Shown piece by piece: positions 1 to 9,905 of a stretch of 48,091 nucleotides of DNA (within the stretch, counting starts at the first letter, position 1; every line of letters begins with the position of its first letter). Both the position numbers and the translations under genes were made by a program. Origin of the DNA: Candidatus Heimdallarchaeota archaeon (lineage in GTDB: Archaea; Asgardarchaeota; Heimdallarchaeia; JABLTI01); assembly GCA_018238155.1 (NCBI GenBank), contig JABCTZ010000040.1, forward strand, positions 1-48,091, read 5' to 3'. The notes below the pieces were generated by a model, which saw only the letters and a list, made by a program, of their open reading frames with translations, had not been told where the DNA came from and searched no databases.

Positions 1-18
1 TATGGTTATTTTTTTCAT
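1..18 (-). CDS. 5' end (MKKITI...) of a gene running off the window edge, probable paralog of the secreted protein at 33338-34939
   Basis: ATG at 18 on the minus strand, preceded by GGAATGATAAGAAA, the same context as the ATG at 34939 (GGAATGATAAGAAC-ATG-AAA-AAA). Only 6 codons visible. Confidence 0.5.
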
Positions 19-249
19 TTTCTTATCATTCCTTTTGCGAAGAAAAGATTAGTAAAGAAAAGATTAGTAAAGACTAACAACCTTTCTTACAATACACTCT
101 CTCATTTTCTCTAATACTTCCTTTCACCTAAGTATTAAGCGATAGTATTTATGTAGTTTTATATAAAGATTTTGAATATGATGACGTCTTGAGTATATAT
201 GATGAAAATTTTAAGACTTTTTTCAACTAGTATTTTTACGAATAATCCA
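11..249 (-). repeat. Copy A of a ~240-bp dispersed direct repeat (promoter plus long 5' leader)
   Basis: Blocks shared with 34931-35181: TTCTTATCATTCCTTTTG, AAGAAAAGATT, AATACTTCCTTTCACCTAAGTAT, TTTATATAAAGATTTTGAA, ATGATGACGTCTTGAGTAT and TTTTTTCAACTAGTATTTTTACGAATAATCCA. Contains a TATA box (TTTATATAAA, 158-167) and 15-bp tandem units (AAGAAAAGATTAGTA at 40-69). Confidence 0.9.
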
Positions 250-261
250 TCTATTTCATGA

Positions 262-862
262 CTATGGATCAAGTTTGAATAACCATTTAATAATCTTAAT
301 CACCTTATGAGCAGAAACAATAAATTTTACTTTACTTCTTTTTTTTTTCGTACAGAAAAAGGACCAATCACAAGCGGAGCATTTTTTCGGTGAGGGATAT
401 TTGGAAAATTTACGGCTCATGATCTTGTTAACAGTTTCAGAGATTTCGACCTCAACATCATTCAGAATGTCTTGACTAATATCAACTTCAGATCTAGTTC
501 CTTCATCTAAATGGTGAACAGTGGCTTGTTTAGGATGGAAACCTAATTGCACGAATAGAAGCAATAGCATAGAGCCGGAGCTGTTTGACATAATCAGTTG
601 CAAGCTCGGTATTATCATGTTCCTTAAAATCAACAATCTTGAGGGCTTCCAACTCACCTTTTTCATTGAGCTTCTTGATAAGATCAATTTGACCTGCAAT
701 GAGCGTCTCTTCCAAAGCAAACTCAAAAGATTTCTCGGTTTCAAGGATCATGTTGAATTCATTGCCGAAATTCTTGACGTAATTTTGAACGATGCGAGTA
801 GCACTACTCTTGAATCTCTCCATATACTCTCGAGTACAATATCTGAGAAAGAAATTATCCTC
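262..862 (-). pseudogene. C-terminal PD-(D/E)XK (RecB/AddB-like) nuclease fragment of a UvrD helicase-nuclease; 5'-truncated and frameshifted
   Basis: Frame 862-548 reads EDNFFLRYCTREYMERFK...ETEKSF...IAGQIDLI...IVDFKE...QLRLYA (RecB motifs G-x-ID, VDFK, QLxxY). After a one-base shift near 546 it continues LGFHPKQATVHHLDEG...PSPKKCSACDWSFFC (C-terminal Cys cluster). An in-frame stop lies directly upstream at 863-865. Confidence 0.8.
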
Positions 863-870
863 TCAATTTT

Positions 871-3297
871 TCAAGTGGGTCCTATTCCAAACAGAAACTC
901 AGATTCTTCTTTGACTTTAGTGAACAAATAGACCTTTTTCTTCGCTCTCGTAATTCCTACAAAGAACAATCTTTTCTCTTCATCATTTGGTAATGATAGA
1001 TCAGGATTTATTAAATTATAACTATAAGCAGGTGGTATTTCAGTTGGGAATCCATATGTTCCACAAAACATATTCAATATGATAACATGTTCTGCTTCCA
1101 AGCCCTTACTTTTGTGGACAGTTGAAAATCTTACTCCGTCTCTTATTATTGTCCCCTCGTTATTTCTTATTTCTATTTCGATATCGGGATTTTTATTGCA
1201 TTCATCTTTGATATAGCTATATCCAAAACCGATTCGTGATAGCACCATAATTTCATTATCCTTAACGCCTTCTTCCAATAACGATAGAATCAATGACAGT
1301 GTTTCCTCTATTTGTTTTTCTCGATAATCATAATCGTCCTTTGCGATAATCCGTTTAATGCTTATTGAGTTGCTTGTACTTTCCTTGCCCACAAGTAACT
1401 TGTCAATATAATCAGTGCATTTTCTTATTATCGAATACCCATAATCGATTATTGCTTGCGGATTGCGATAATTTCTTTCCAACAAAATTTGCTCACATTT
1501 GGTATCTATGTAATTATCAATATCTATCATATATTTATTTGAAGCACCAGAGAATCCATAAATCGATTGCCAATCGTCCCCTACACAAAAAACTCTGCAA
1601 TCTTCTACTCGATTACAAATAGCCAACAATAATCTTAATCTAGAAAGAGAGATGTCTTGAAATTCATCTACTAATACCATTTTATATTTCGCTAGTGCAA
1701 GTGTATCATCATCTCTCCTAATTATTTCAAATGATTTGTTTATCATGTCTTCAAAATCTATTTGACCGGTATCTTCGAGGAAGCTAGTATATCTGATGAG
1801 AATACTGATAACCAATTCAAAAAAAGCTCTATCTTGAGTATTTAGACTATTCATTTTTCTCTCAATATATTCTATAAATGCTATCTGGTCAAAACCAGCT
1901 ACTTTGATATTCGTTATCGTATTAATTATTAAGTCTGCAATAACATCATCACTTTTATCAGCAAATGTTCTGTCCAGTAATTCAATTATCTCATGATTAT
2001 TTTTTGGTTTAAACTTTATATCATATATTTGACAGTATTCGAGTAATTTAGTATGTAATTGATTTCCTTTCCACAATTTGTAGTCCGTTTCCCATAACAC
2101 CTTGCCATGTTTCTTAAACTGTCTTTTCTTCCAGTGCCGCTCCTTTATGTATTCCTTGGGACTTTTCAGAAACCAATTAGGAACTCTATCATTTTTCTTT
2201 GTTATCGCCCAATGTTCTAAATAGATATCATAATCAGTCAGAAAAAAATCTGGTTTGTATTCTTTATCAGCATCATTGTCACACCAATTAACAATCTTTT
2301 CATATTCATATTTGATGCCGTTTTTTAAGAAGAAATCAGCTATTTCCTTTTCAGCAAAACTCTTTACTCTTGTACCATCCAACGATTCGTATTCCTTCAT
2401 TTGTTGGTACAGCATTTTTGCTTCTAAGTTGCTGTCTTCTCTCCATAGAAAATCTCTAGCTCTCGAGTAACTTTCTTTGTAGGTAATATATTGCTCTTGA
2501 AAGAACGGATTTTCTTCTTTTGCGACCATTATTATTTCTTTTAGCTTTTTCTCTTTGTCTCTTATAAGCTTCTTAGAATATTTACTATCATGCGCTCCTT
2601 GAATGATACTATTTCCCAAACCATGAAAAGTAGCTACTTTAACGGTCTTAATATTATAATTCTCATACAATCTTTTTTGAACTTCTTTTACTGCATTTCT
2701 ATTATATGCTAAAACTAAAATCTCCTCTTCAAGTATCTTTCTTTTCAAAACATAAAATGCTATTCTGTCAGTTAGTAGCTTTGTCTTTCCAGAACCAGGT
2801 CCTGCTACGACCAAATTGAAATTATCATTTGTCAAGATTGCATCGATTTGCTCTTTGTTTAGTTTGCTTTGAATAAATTCAGTGCCATCAAAAAATTGTG
2901 AATGTCTCTCTCTTTGTATTCTAAGATAATTTTCATTATATGCTTTCAAAAAAGCAAGATAATCTTTGATTTCATCAAGTAAGATATCAATTGATGTTGT
3001 TTGAGAAATTTCAACATTGACAATAACTTTTTTCCTAAAAAATAAAAATTGTGATAGTTGTGTTTGTAGTTGATATAGGACGTTTCTTATTTTGTGGTGA
3101 TTTCTTAGAGTTAGATATACCCGATATTGTTTCAATGGATTAATACATTTAGATTTCACCAGTTCCAATTTGCTAAAAACATCTTGCGAAATTTCTATAA
3201 TATCTCTTTTTCTTTTTCGTTTGAACAACACAAAAAAAAACAACACAACTCCACAGAATAACAAAATTGGTAGCAATATCCAGAAATCAATTCCCAA
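871..3297 (-). CDS. UvrD/helicase IV-like SF1A helicase with N-terminal transmembrane segment and an inserted PD-(D/E)XK nuclease domain
   Basis: Helicase motifs VVAGPGSGKT, VLAYN, ATFHGLG, VLVDEFQD, CVGDDWQSIYGF, NYR, STVHKSKGLE, EEKRLFFVGITRAK. Insert VKSFAEKEIADFF..YEYE..YKPDFFL..IYLEHW. Hydrophobic N-terminus followed by KRKRKR. Confidence 0.9.
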   Translation of the reverse strand: MGIDFWILLPILLFCGVVLFFFVLFKRKRKRDIIEISQDVFSKLELVKSKCINPLKQYRVYLTLRNHHKIRNVLYQLQTQLSQFLFFRKKVIVNVEISQTTSIDILLDEIKDYLAFLKAYNENYLRIQRERHSQFFDGTEFIQSKLNKEQIDAILTNDNFNLVVAGPGSGKTKLLTDRIAFYVLKRKILEEEILVLAYNRNAVKEVQKRLYENYNIKTVKVATFHGLGNSIIQGAHDSKYSKKLIRDKEKKLKEIIMVAKEENPFFQEQYITYKESYSRARDFLWREDSNLEAKMLYQQMKEYESLDGTRVKSFAEKEIADFFLKNGIKYEYEKIVNWCDNDADKEYKPDFFLTDYDIYLEHWAITKKNDRVPNWFLKSPKEYIKERHWKKRQFKKHGKVLWETDYKLWKGNQLHTKLLEYCQIYDIKFKPKNNHEIIELLDRTFADKSDDVIADLIINTITNIKVAGFDQIAFIEYIERKMNSLNTQDRAFFELVISILIRYTSFLEDTGQIDFEDMINKSFEIIRRDDDTLALAKYKMVLVDEFQDISLSRLRLLLAICNRVEDCRVFCVGDDWQSIYGFSGASNKYMIDIDNYIDTKCEQILLERNYRNPQAIIDYGYSIIRKCTDYIDKLLVGKESTSNSISIKRIIAKDDYDYREKQIEETLSLILSLLEEGVKDNEIMVLSRIGFGYSYIKDECNKNPDIEIEIRNNEGTIIRDGVRFSTVHKSKGLEAEHVIILNMFCGTYGFPTEIPPAYSYNLINPDLSLPNDEEKRLFFVGITRAKKKVYLFTKVKEESEFLFGIGPT

Positions 3298-3640
3298 TTT
3301 AACTCCTCGGTACCTTTCAATTACTAGTAATTAGTGCTCTAACTCTTATTACTTCACTTGGCAATTTTTCTTATTAAACGTATAAATCCGAGCTTTTTGA
3401 TATTAATTCTGAGAAAAACAAACTTTGGAAAGTGAGAAAAAATCGTGAATACAACTTCTAGTGAAGCATCTCTTAAGGGAATTGAAGTAATGAAAATCAT
3501 TTTCAACTATGTAAAAAAACGTGTAAAATTAACCTAATTTGAAAGTGCTTCCAAAGAATTAAATTTGAAGGTTCTTATAAATTTCATTTGAGTTTAGCAT
3601 TAGAGAAATTAATACCATATTAGATTTGTATAACAAAAAA

Positions 3641-3656
3641 CGAAAAGATTATTAAG
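3641..3656 (+). promoter_or_regulatory. Putative archaeal BRE/TATA promoter of the cmr operon
   Basis: CGAAAAG-ATTATTAAG about 35 nt upstream of the ATG at 3689. Confidence 0.5.
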
Positions 3657-3688
3657 AATAATTTGAGTTGTAATTATTGGGAATAGAG

Positions 3689-4735
3689 ATGAAAGAATAT
3701 TTTATTAAATTTCAAGCTAAAACACCTATTTGGAGTGGAGATGTAAAAGGGCAAAATAGCCTATTAAGAGAGACAGGGATAATTGGGAGCTTAAGGTGGT
3801 GGTATGAGATAATAACAAGGGGATTTGGTTTTTTTTCTTGTGATCCTACAAATACGAATTGTAAAGAAGGGAATCGTTGCAGAACTTGCGAGTTATTTGG
3901 TTGTACAGGTTGGATGAGAAAATTTCGATTAGAGATTGACGGTTTCCAAAAAATAGAGGAATTATCTATAGGAGTTCGTATTACTCACTACGGAAAAAGG
4001 CACAAATTTAAGAGAAAAATTTCTGGTCTAGTTCACAAAGGAGAAATACGTTTAAGATTTGTACCCCTAAGAAAAATTAGTGATGAAGAATGGTTTCTAT
4101 TAAACAGAACTTTTGAGGTAATAGAAGAATACTCTGCATTAGGGGCACATTTATCTCAAGGAAATGGTGTGATAAAGATTATTATAAATTCACTTCCAAA
4201 AGGTAATGGAGAAATACTTGCAGCAAATAAACAGAAAATAAAAAATACCAATGGTTTTCCCAACCTTGAAAATTTCTTTTTTTACACCTTTCGTTTAAGT
4301 TTTAAAGAAAGTATTGCACAACTAATCAATGATAAGGTTTTCTGGGTAAAAAATCCAAGAGCTGCTATTAGAAGCAATTGGGATACTTGGAAAAAACTCT
4401 GGGAAGAGAAAGAATTTTTACCTTTAGGTTTTCACGTAAGAGATTCAATTAGAATGCTAGAACCTGTGAAGAATCTCCGCCATGAGGTATTTGGAAAACT
4501 AGGCAATGGCTCAAAAATATTTGTTTCACATAGCTATAAAGTTAATGATATAAATGCAGATTTTAGAGTCTGGGGTTATGATATAAATGAAAATCTAAAG
4601 TCCAAAATAATTCCAAAACTAGAAACTGACTTACAGAAGTATATCTTTTCAAATGTGAATAATAATAGTTTAATAAGCTGTAAATTAATAGTTAAAAAAA
4701 CAGGTCGAGAACTTTTGGAGAAATGGAAAAAATGA
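3689..4735 (+). CDS. cmr1: Type III CRISPR RAMP protein Cmr1 (Cas7 group), III-C type
   Basis: TPIWSG, LRETGIIGSLRWWYE, CDP...CRTCELFGCTGW and Gly-loop LGAHLSQGNG. ATG at 3689 preferred over TTG at 3677. Confidence 0.9.
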   Translation: MKEYFIKFQAKTPIWSGDVKGQNSLLRETGIIGSLRWWYEIITRGFGFFSCDPTNTNCKEGNRCRTCELFGCTGWMRKFRLEIDGFQKIEELSIGVRITHYGKRHKFKRKISGLVHKGEIRLRFVPLRKISDEEWFLLNRTFEVIEEYSALGAHLSQGNGVIKIIINSLPKGNGEILAANKQKIKNTNGFPNLENFFFYTFRLSFKESIAQLINDKVFWVKNPRAAIRSNWDTWKKLWEEKEFLPLGFHVRDSIRMLEPVKNLRHEVFGKLGNGSKIFVSHSYKVNDINADFRVWGYDINENLKSKIIPKLETDLQKYIFSNVNNNSLISCKLIVKKTGRELLEKWKK

Positions 4736-5598
4736 TTCATGATTATTATCTTTTTGAAGCTTATCTCAATGAAAACATCGAAATACAAGCTAAAAAACTA
4801 GCTCGAAAAAAAACTGAAAAACTAAATAGAAAAGAAGAAAACATTGAGAAAGAAAAATCGTGGGAAATTTCATATCCAAAAAAGACTGAGCTAGAAGTAT
4901 TTCCTCAGAATTCTGTAATTATCAAAATCACTTTCAAGCTTAAAAAACCTTTTTTGAGTAAAGGGGCCGGAGAATTTCATTTTTTAGGTAAGGGAATAAC
5001 AGAAAATTCATTAGCAAGGGATAAAATTTTTCGTTGCCCAATAATTAGAGCTTCAGGTTGGAAGGGAAATTTGCGATTTGCTAGTGAAAGGGTTTCAGGT
5101 TTAAACATGAATAAAACCTCAAAAGGAGAAATTATACGACGCTTGTTTGGTTCCAAACCTGACGAGGAAAATCAATTAAAAGGGAGATTGTATTTCTTTC
5201 CTACATTTTTTAATAATGGTGAAGAAAAAGATGCTATTACTCCTTTAAAAAGAAAATCAAGAACCCCTGCAAGAGGACCTATTATCTTTGAAGTGATAAA
5301 AAAAGAAACGCAAGGGGAGTTCTATTTACTTTATTTTCCATATCCGAAATCAAAGGAGTATAACAAAGAGGAGCAAAAAGAAGATCTTATATTTTTAGTA
5401 AAAACTCTAAATTTGATGTTTTATACATTCGGTTTTTCAGCAAAGAAAAGCTCTGGTTTTGGAGTAATCGAGAATGCACTGGAAGGCGTTTTCTGGATAA
5501 AAAAGAATAAGAAAATTAATGAATTCTTTTTTAGCAATTTAAACGAGCTTGAAAAAAAAATATCTGATAATTCTTTTGGTGAGAATAATGAGCTCTAA
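4732..5598 (+). CDS. cmr6: Type III-C RAMP protein, Cmr6-like (Cas7 group)
   Basis: FKLKKPFLS, PIIRASGWKGNLR, RRLFG...KGRLYFFPTFF, GPIIFEVI, G-loop GFSAKKSSGFG. ATGA overlap with the cmr1 stop. Confidence 0.8.
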   Translation: MIHDYYLFEAYLNENIEIQAKKLARKKTEKLNRKEENIEKEKSWEISYPKKTELEVFPQNSVIIKITFKLKKPFLSKGAGEFHFLGKGITENSLARDKIFRCPIIRASGWKGNLRFASERVSGLNMNKTSKGEIIRRLFGSKPDEENQLKGRLYFFPTFFNNGEEKDAITPLKRKSRTPARGPIIFEVIKKETQGEFYLLYFPYPKSKEYNKEEQKEDLIFLVKTLNLMFYTFGFSAKKSSGFGVIENALEGVFWIKKNKKINEFFFSNLNELEKKISDNSFGENNEL

Positions 5599-8500
5599 AA
5601 AACTTCTTGAAGAGATTAAAGATAACAGAGAACCAATACTTTTTGGCGAGATTGGTGCATTACTTCATGATCTAGGTAAATATCACCCTAAGTTTATTGA
5701 AAGCAAAGCAGCAAATATTACTCTTAAATTTGAACATCAAAAAATTGATGAAATTCTTGGTAAAAATTCTGAAATCATTAAATTTCTTAATAAATCTAAA
5801 ATAAAAATTAACGATAAGGAAACAAAAGTTTACGACATTATAAGATATCACCATTTTGATCAAAATAATGGTTTTCAAAATGATATTGTAGATGCATTTA
5901 TTTTCTGTGATGGAAAAAATTCCGCTGACGATAAGGGTATTGTTAGAGAAAAGCAACCTATTAACAAGACGATTATTGCCTCCCCTTTTGGTTTTAAAAA
6001 GGAGAGAATTAGTTTAGGGAACCTTTCTAAAGGTTTTTCTAAACTAGAAGAAAAATTAGAGAAGATTTTTAAAAAATGTTTTTCAAAAACTTATCAGTTA
6101 AAGAGTCTTAGAAATAAACTAATGAAGATTCTTGAAAAACATTTTAATCAAGCTCTAGGAGAAACAAGAATACCCGCTAATGATGTAACCTTGTGGGATC
6201 ATTCATATTCTACAGCAGGTCTTTTCAAAACATTACTCACCAAATTTATTCTTGAAGGCACTGAAAAGATTGATGATAAGCCGTTTAGAATAATTGGTTT
6301 TTGTTGGAATGGAACATATTATATAAACAAAGGAAAAAAGATTGCCGATATTTTAATACGAAAAGAGAACATCAAAAAGATTAAAGGTAGACTGAAAAAC
6401 AAATTTGAGTATGAAAATCCAATTGGTAATATGCTCTATGAGGATTTAAATGGAATTTACTTTACTTTTCCAAATGTCACAGATGAAAAAGTTTTGCAGA
6501 AATTAGCAAAAGAATGTGCTGAAATTGCATTATCACTTATAGAGAAGAAGAGTAATGATGAAATATATCCATTCTTCACTCTTAGTGAACCAACAAGTAT
6601 TTTAGCAAAAACTTTTCCTAATCAACTTCAGTTTGCTTTAGATAAAAGGAACTTTCCAAAAATGAGTCCTATTCTTTTTATTGGTAATGATGAGAAAGAA
6701 AATTCTAAAGTCAGTATTACATCCCAAAAACGTTTTAATCAGAATAAAAAATATGGAGATAAATGTCCAGTTTGTAATTTGAGAACCAAATCACCTGATA
6801 AGAAACTTTGTGAAAAATGCAATGAAAATAGAAAAGGACGAATATCTTTATGGAAAAATCGCTCAAATACCATTTGGTTTAATGAAATAGCAGATAATAA
6901 TAATCGAATTGTGCTGTATAACTTGAGTTTTAATCTCAATAATTGGTTAAATGGAAATGCATTTGGAACAATTTATTCCCAAAGCATAGAGGAATGGCTA
7001 AATTCTAGAAAAGATGGTAATCCTGTATTAGACATCTTAAAGGAAATCATTGATAATTTTCAAGAAGGAATAAAAAAGAAAATAAAGTCAAAATCAAAAA
7101 TTATAAAGAATGGTCAACTCCCTCAGGAGAAAGAGAAGAAATTTAAAGCAGATTTACTAATTTTGAAACAATTATTAGAAAAGTTCGTCTTTAAGAAAGA
7201 ACCGAATATTTCCACTCTTCTTCATTATCTTATTCTTCTTTTTGACCAAGATAATTTGCTTATGGTTTTCAATGATAACCAGTTAAATAATTTTAGAAAA
7301 AAACTTTTAAAAACCTTTTTTGAAGAGAAAGTCTCAGAAAAAAATATAGCGTCTTATTTGAAATCTCATCCTCAAATAAAATCAGATGATATTGCTTCTC
7401 AATTCTTTTCTCAGAACCCTTCCCCAGCACGTATCTATAGAGTTTGGAAAGAAACAGAAGAGTTCTTTGAACTAGTTAGTAAAAAAATAAGAAAAGAACT
7501 TGGAGAATGGACAAGGTTGGAATTCAAAATTTATTCTCCAATAAATGCTATTTTGGAAAAGAATACGTTATACTCTATTCAAATAAAATACTTGAAACCA
7601 GAAAGCCTTATTGTATTTCATTCCTCAGATGGAGAATTTTACACAAGTGAATCACTAACAAAGTTTAGTATAAAAGATAAGAAAAATGGAAAAGAGGAAC
7701 AAGGATTAAAAGCAATTCGCTATGGCTTAAGAGAAATAGGAATTCATTGGATTTCAGCTGAGGAAACTCTCAACAAGAATTTGTTAAAGAATAGTGATAT
7801 GAGAAGAAATGGAGAGAACTGGGAGTTATTAAAGACTGAGAGCATTAAGAAAGAGCAGTATTCTCCATTTATTGAGATATCAAAATCTTCCATCGCCCTC
7901 CGTGTAATCATTCCTGCAGAAAATTCTGCGAAAATACTTGAACAGATTACAAAACTATACAACGAACGTTTTGAAAAAGTGCTTGGTAAATTACCACTAA
8001 AAATTGGAATACTTGCATCTAAAAGAAAATTCCCATTATATATGCTTTTAGAAGCTAGCGAGTATCTTTTCAGTGAAAAAATCTTTGATAAACCTGTTGT
8101 AATGGATCCATGGTGGCAACTTTCAACTGATTTAATAGATGATAAATATTTTAATTGGTATCCAACTGAAAATCATGATAATTCATTAAAAAATCTTGAA
8201 AAACTTTCTTCTGGGAAAGCCTTCATCTTATATCCTGGATATTTTGATTTTGAATTTCTTCTAAATACAACAGATAGATTTGAAATTGGTTATAAATCAG
8301 ATGGAAAAAGAGCCAATAGATCTTATCAATTATTATCAAACAAGGCATTTTATCTCCACTTTATCCCAGAAATGAATCAATTATGGCAAATTTTATCAAA
8401 TGGATTATCAAAATCACAAATATTTTCCATTGAGAAAAAGTTAATCTCTAAAATAAGCATATGGAGAAATGTTTCTGATGTGGAAAAAAATCAAGTACTA

Positions 8501-8674
8501 AAAGAGTTTGCTACAGCTGTTTTAAGAAATGCTTTTAGAGCAGATTGGGCAAAAATAGAAACAAAAAAACAAAGATTTCTTATTGAATCAGCAATTAATG
8601 GCTTTTTATTAGATACAATAGACTTTTTTGAGCATACAATAAAAGGAGAAATTGAAAAAAATGAAGTTCTATGA
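5588..8674 (+). CDS. cas10: Cas10 large subunit of type III-C (Csx11/MTH326-like), HD domain present, no GGDD cyclase motif
   Basis: GALLHDLGK, HH and D..NSADDKG (HD domain); GETRIPANDVTLWDHS; YEDLNGIYF; Zn finger CPVC..CEKC; NPSPARIYRVW; YFDFEFL..T..RF. No GGDD anywhere in the protein. Confidence 0.92.
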   Translation: MSSKKLLEEIKDNREPILFGEIGALLHDLGKYHPKFIESKAANITLKFEHQKIDEILGKNSEIIKFLNKSKIKINDKETKVYDIIRYHHFDQNNGFQNDIVDAFIFCDGKNSADDKGIVREKQPINKTIIASPFGFKKERISLGNLSKGFSKLEEKLEKIFKKCFSKTYQLKSLRNKLMKILEKHFNQALGETRIPANDVTLWDHSYSTAGLFKTLLTKFILEGTEKIDDKPFRIIGFCWNGTYYINKGKKIADILIRKENIKKIKGRLKNKFEYENPIGNMLYEDLNGIYFTFPNVTDEKVLQKLAKECAEIALSLIEKKSNDEIYPFFTLSEPTSILAKTFPNQLQFALDKRNFPKMSPILFIGNDEKENSKVSITSQKRFNQNKKYGDKCPVCNLRTKSPDKKLCEKCNENRKGRISLWKNRSNTIWFNEIADNNNRIVLYNLSFNLNNWLNGNAFGTIYSQSIEEWLNSRKDGNPVLDILKEIIDNFQEGIKKKIKSKSKIIKNGQLPQEKEKKFKADLLILKQLLEKFVFKKEPNISTLLHYLILLFDQDNLLMVFNDNQLNNFRKKLLKTFFEEKVSEKNIASYLKSHPQIKSDDIASQFFSQNPSPARIYRVWKETEEFFELVSKKIRKELGEWTRLEFKIYSPINAILEKNTLYSIQIKYLKPESLIVFHSSDGEFYTSESLTKFSIKDKKNGKEEQGLKAIRYGLREIGIHWISAEETLNKNLLKNSDMRRNGENWELLKTESIKKEQYSPFIEISKSSIALRVIIPAENSAKILEQITKLYNERFEKVLGKLPLKIGILASKRKFPLYMLLEASEYLFSEKIFDKPVVMDPWWQLSTDLIDDKYFNWYPTENHDNSLKNLEKLSSGKAFILYPGYFDFEFLLNTTDRFEIGYKSDGKRANRSYQLLSNKAFYLHFIPEMNQLWQILSNGLSKSQIFSIEKKLISKISIWRNVSDVEKNQVLKEFATAVLRNAFRADWAKIETKKQRFLIESAINGFLLDTIDFFEHTIKGEIEKNEVL

Positions 8675-9542
8675 AGAGAAAAACTATCTTGGAATTGCTC
8701 TCGATCCGATACATGTAGGTGCCGGGGGCTATAGACTTAGCAGAGTTGATAACACAATTGTTAGAGATCCTGCAACAGATATCCCAAAAATACCTGGAAC
8801 ATCAATTGCAGGTGTAATACGAGAATACGCAACGCTTTTCTTAATGGAAAAGAATTCAAGTGAAACACAGTACAAAAGAGAAAGTGCGGAGCGAGATGTC
8901 AGTAATTATTTTGGCGATGATAGTAGACAAGGATCAGTAAGATTTTACGATGCACAAATTATTTTCTTTCCAGTTTCATCAACCAAAGGAACTATATGGC
9001 TTACAACTCCACAACTCATAGAATACTGGTCCAAAAAATCAAGTGAAACACAGCACAACAATAATTTTACTTGTATTAGTGGAGAAAAAGCATATGCTAT
9101 TAAAGGACTAAATAATGAAAACAACTCCATAAATCTTGGGTGGTTATTGTTAGAATTTGAAGAGAAAAAATTTAGCCCCTCTTTATTATTATACCCTCTA
9201 GTAAACAAATCTGCTGAAAAAATAGTCGTTCTAAATGAGAAATTATTCTCTCAAATTATTAATGACAATCTAGAAGTTAGAACTTCAGTTAGGATTGATC
9301 CTAAAACTGGTGCAGCAGAAGATAGAGGGCTCTTTACTTATGAAGCAATACCCAGAACAACTATTTTTGGTTTTGAAATTGGAATTGACAAACGAAGAAA
9401 TAGAGAGAATAACAAGATTGAGGGTTTAATCAATAGCTCTTTCAAATATCTTAAGCTTCTTGGTATAGGAGGTATGGGAACAAGGGGTTTTGGAAGAATT
9501 ATGGTTGAAGAGATAAAAGATTTGGAGGAGAAAAAGGGATGA
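8661..9542 (+). CDS. cmr4: Type III RAMP Cmr4 (backbone RNase)
   Basis: LDPIHVGAG, VDNTIVRDPATDIPKIPGTSIAG (catalytic-position Asp retained), RTSVRID..TGAA..GLFTYEAIP, G-loop GIGGMGTRGFG. Confidence 0.93.
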   Translation: MKFYEEKNYLGIALDPIHVGAGGYRLSRVDNTIVRDPATDIPKIPGTSIAGVIREYATLFLMEKNSSETQYKRESAERDVSNYFGDDSRQGSVRFYDAQIIFFPVSSTKGTIWLTTPQLIEYWSKKSSETQHNNNFTCISGEKAYAIKGLNNENNSINLGWLLLEFEEKKFSPSLLLYPLVNKSAEKIVVLNEKLFSQIINDNLEVRTSVRIDPKTGAAEDRGLFTYEAIPRTTIFGFEIGIDKRRNRENNKIEGLINSSFKYLKLLGIGGMGTRGFGRIMVEEIKDLEEKKG

Positions 9543-9895
9543 TCAACCTTGACTATTTGTGTATCAAACATGCTCAAAAAATGCCTAGAGACAAAGAATC
9601 AGAAATTAAAATACGAAAGGCGTTGGGTGTCCTTCAAGAAGATGGCGTTTATGCAATGTTTTTATGGATCAACTATAAGAACGCTAACGTAATAATTGAG
9701 AAGCTGGTTGAATTATTAAATGAACCAAAAATTAAGAACAAATTTTTGACATCAGAAAACTTTACTAAGGATTTTAAAAATCTGTGTAACAAATTACAAA
9801 AAATTTCTGAAAATATTGACATGTTATTCTTCTTGAAAAAAATTCTAGAAAGAACTTTAACCTATGCATTATATCATGCTAAAATTGGGGAATGA
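9539..9895 (+). CDS. cmr5: Type III-C small subunit (Cmr5/Cas11-like)
   Basis: 118-aa helical protein with KALGVLQEDGVYAMFL and LERTLTYALYHAK; translationally coupled to cmr4. Confidence 0.8.
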   Translation: MINLDYLCIKHAQKMPRDKESEIKIRKALGVLQEDGVYAMFLWINYKNANVIIEKLVELLNEPKIKNKFLTSENFTKDFKNLCNKLQKISENIDMLFFLKKILERTLTYALYHAKIGE

Positions 9896-9905
9896 AGTGA
9901 TAATA

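Noticed and set aside
530-560. Programmed frameshift joining the two nuclease frames
   Set aside because: No slippery run at the shift point and the gene lacks its 5' part; decay or a sequencing error is simpler.
3400-3600. CRISPR array upstream of cmr1
   Set aside because: No two or more regularly spaced near-identical repeats; only one repeat-like motif, reported as a weak finding.
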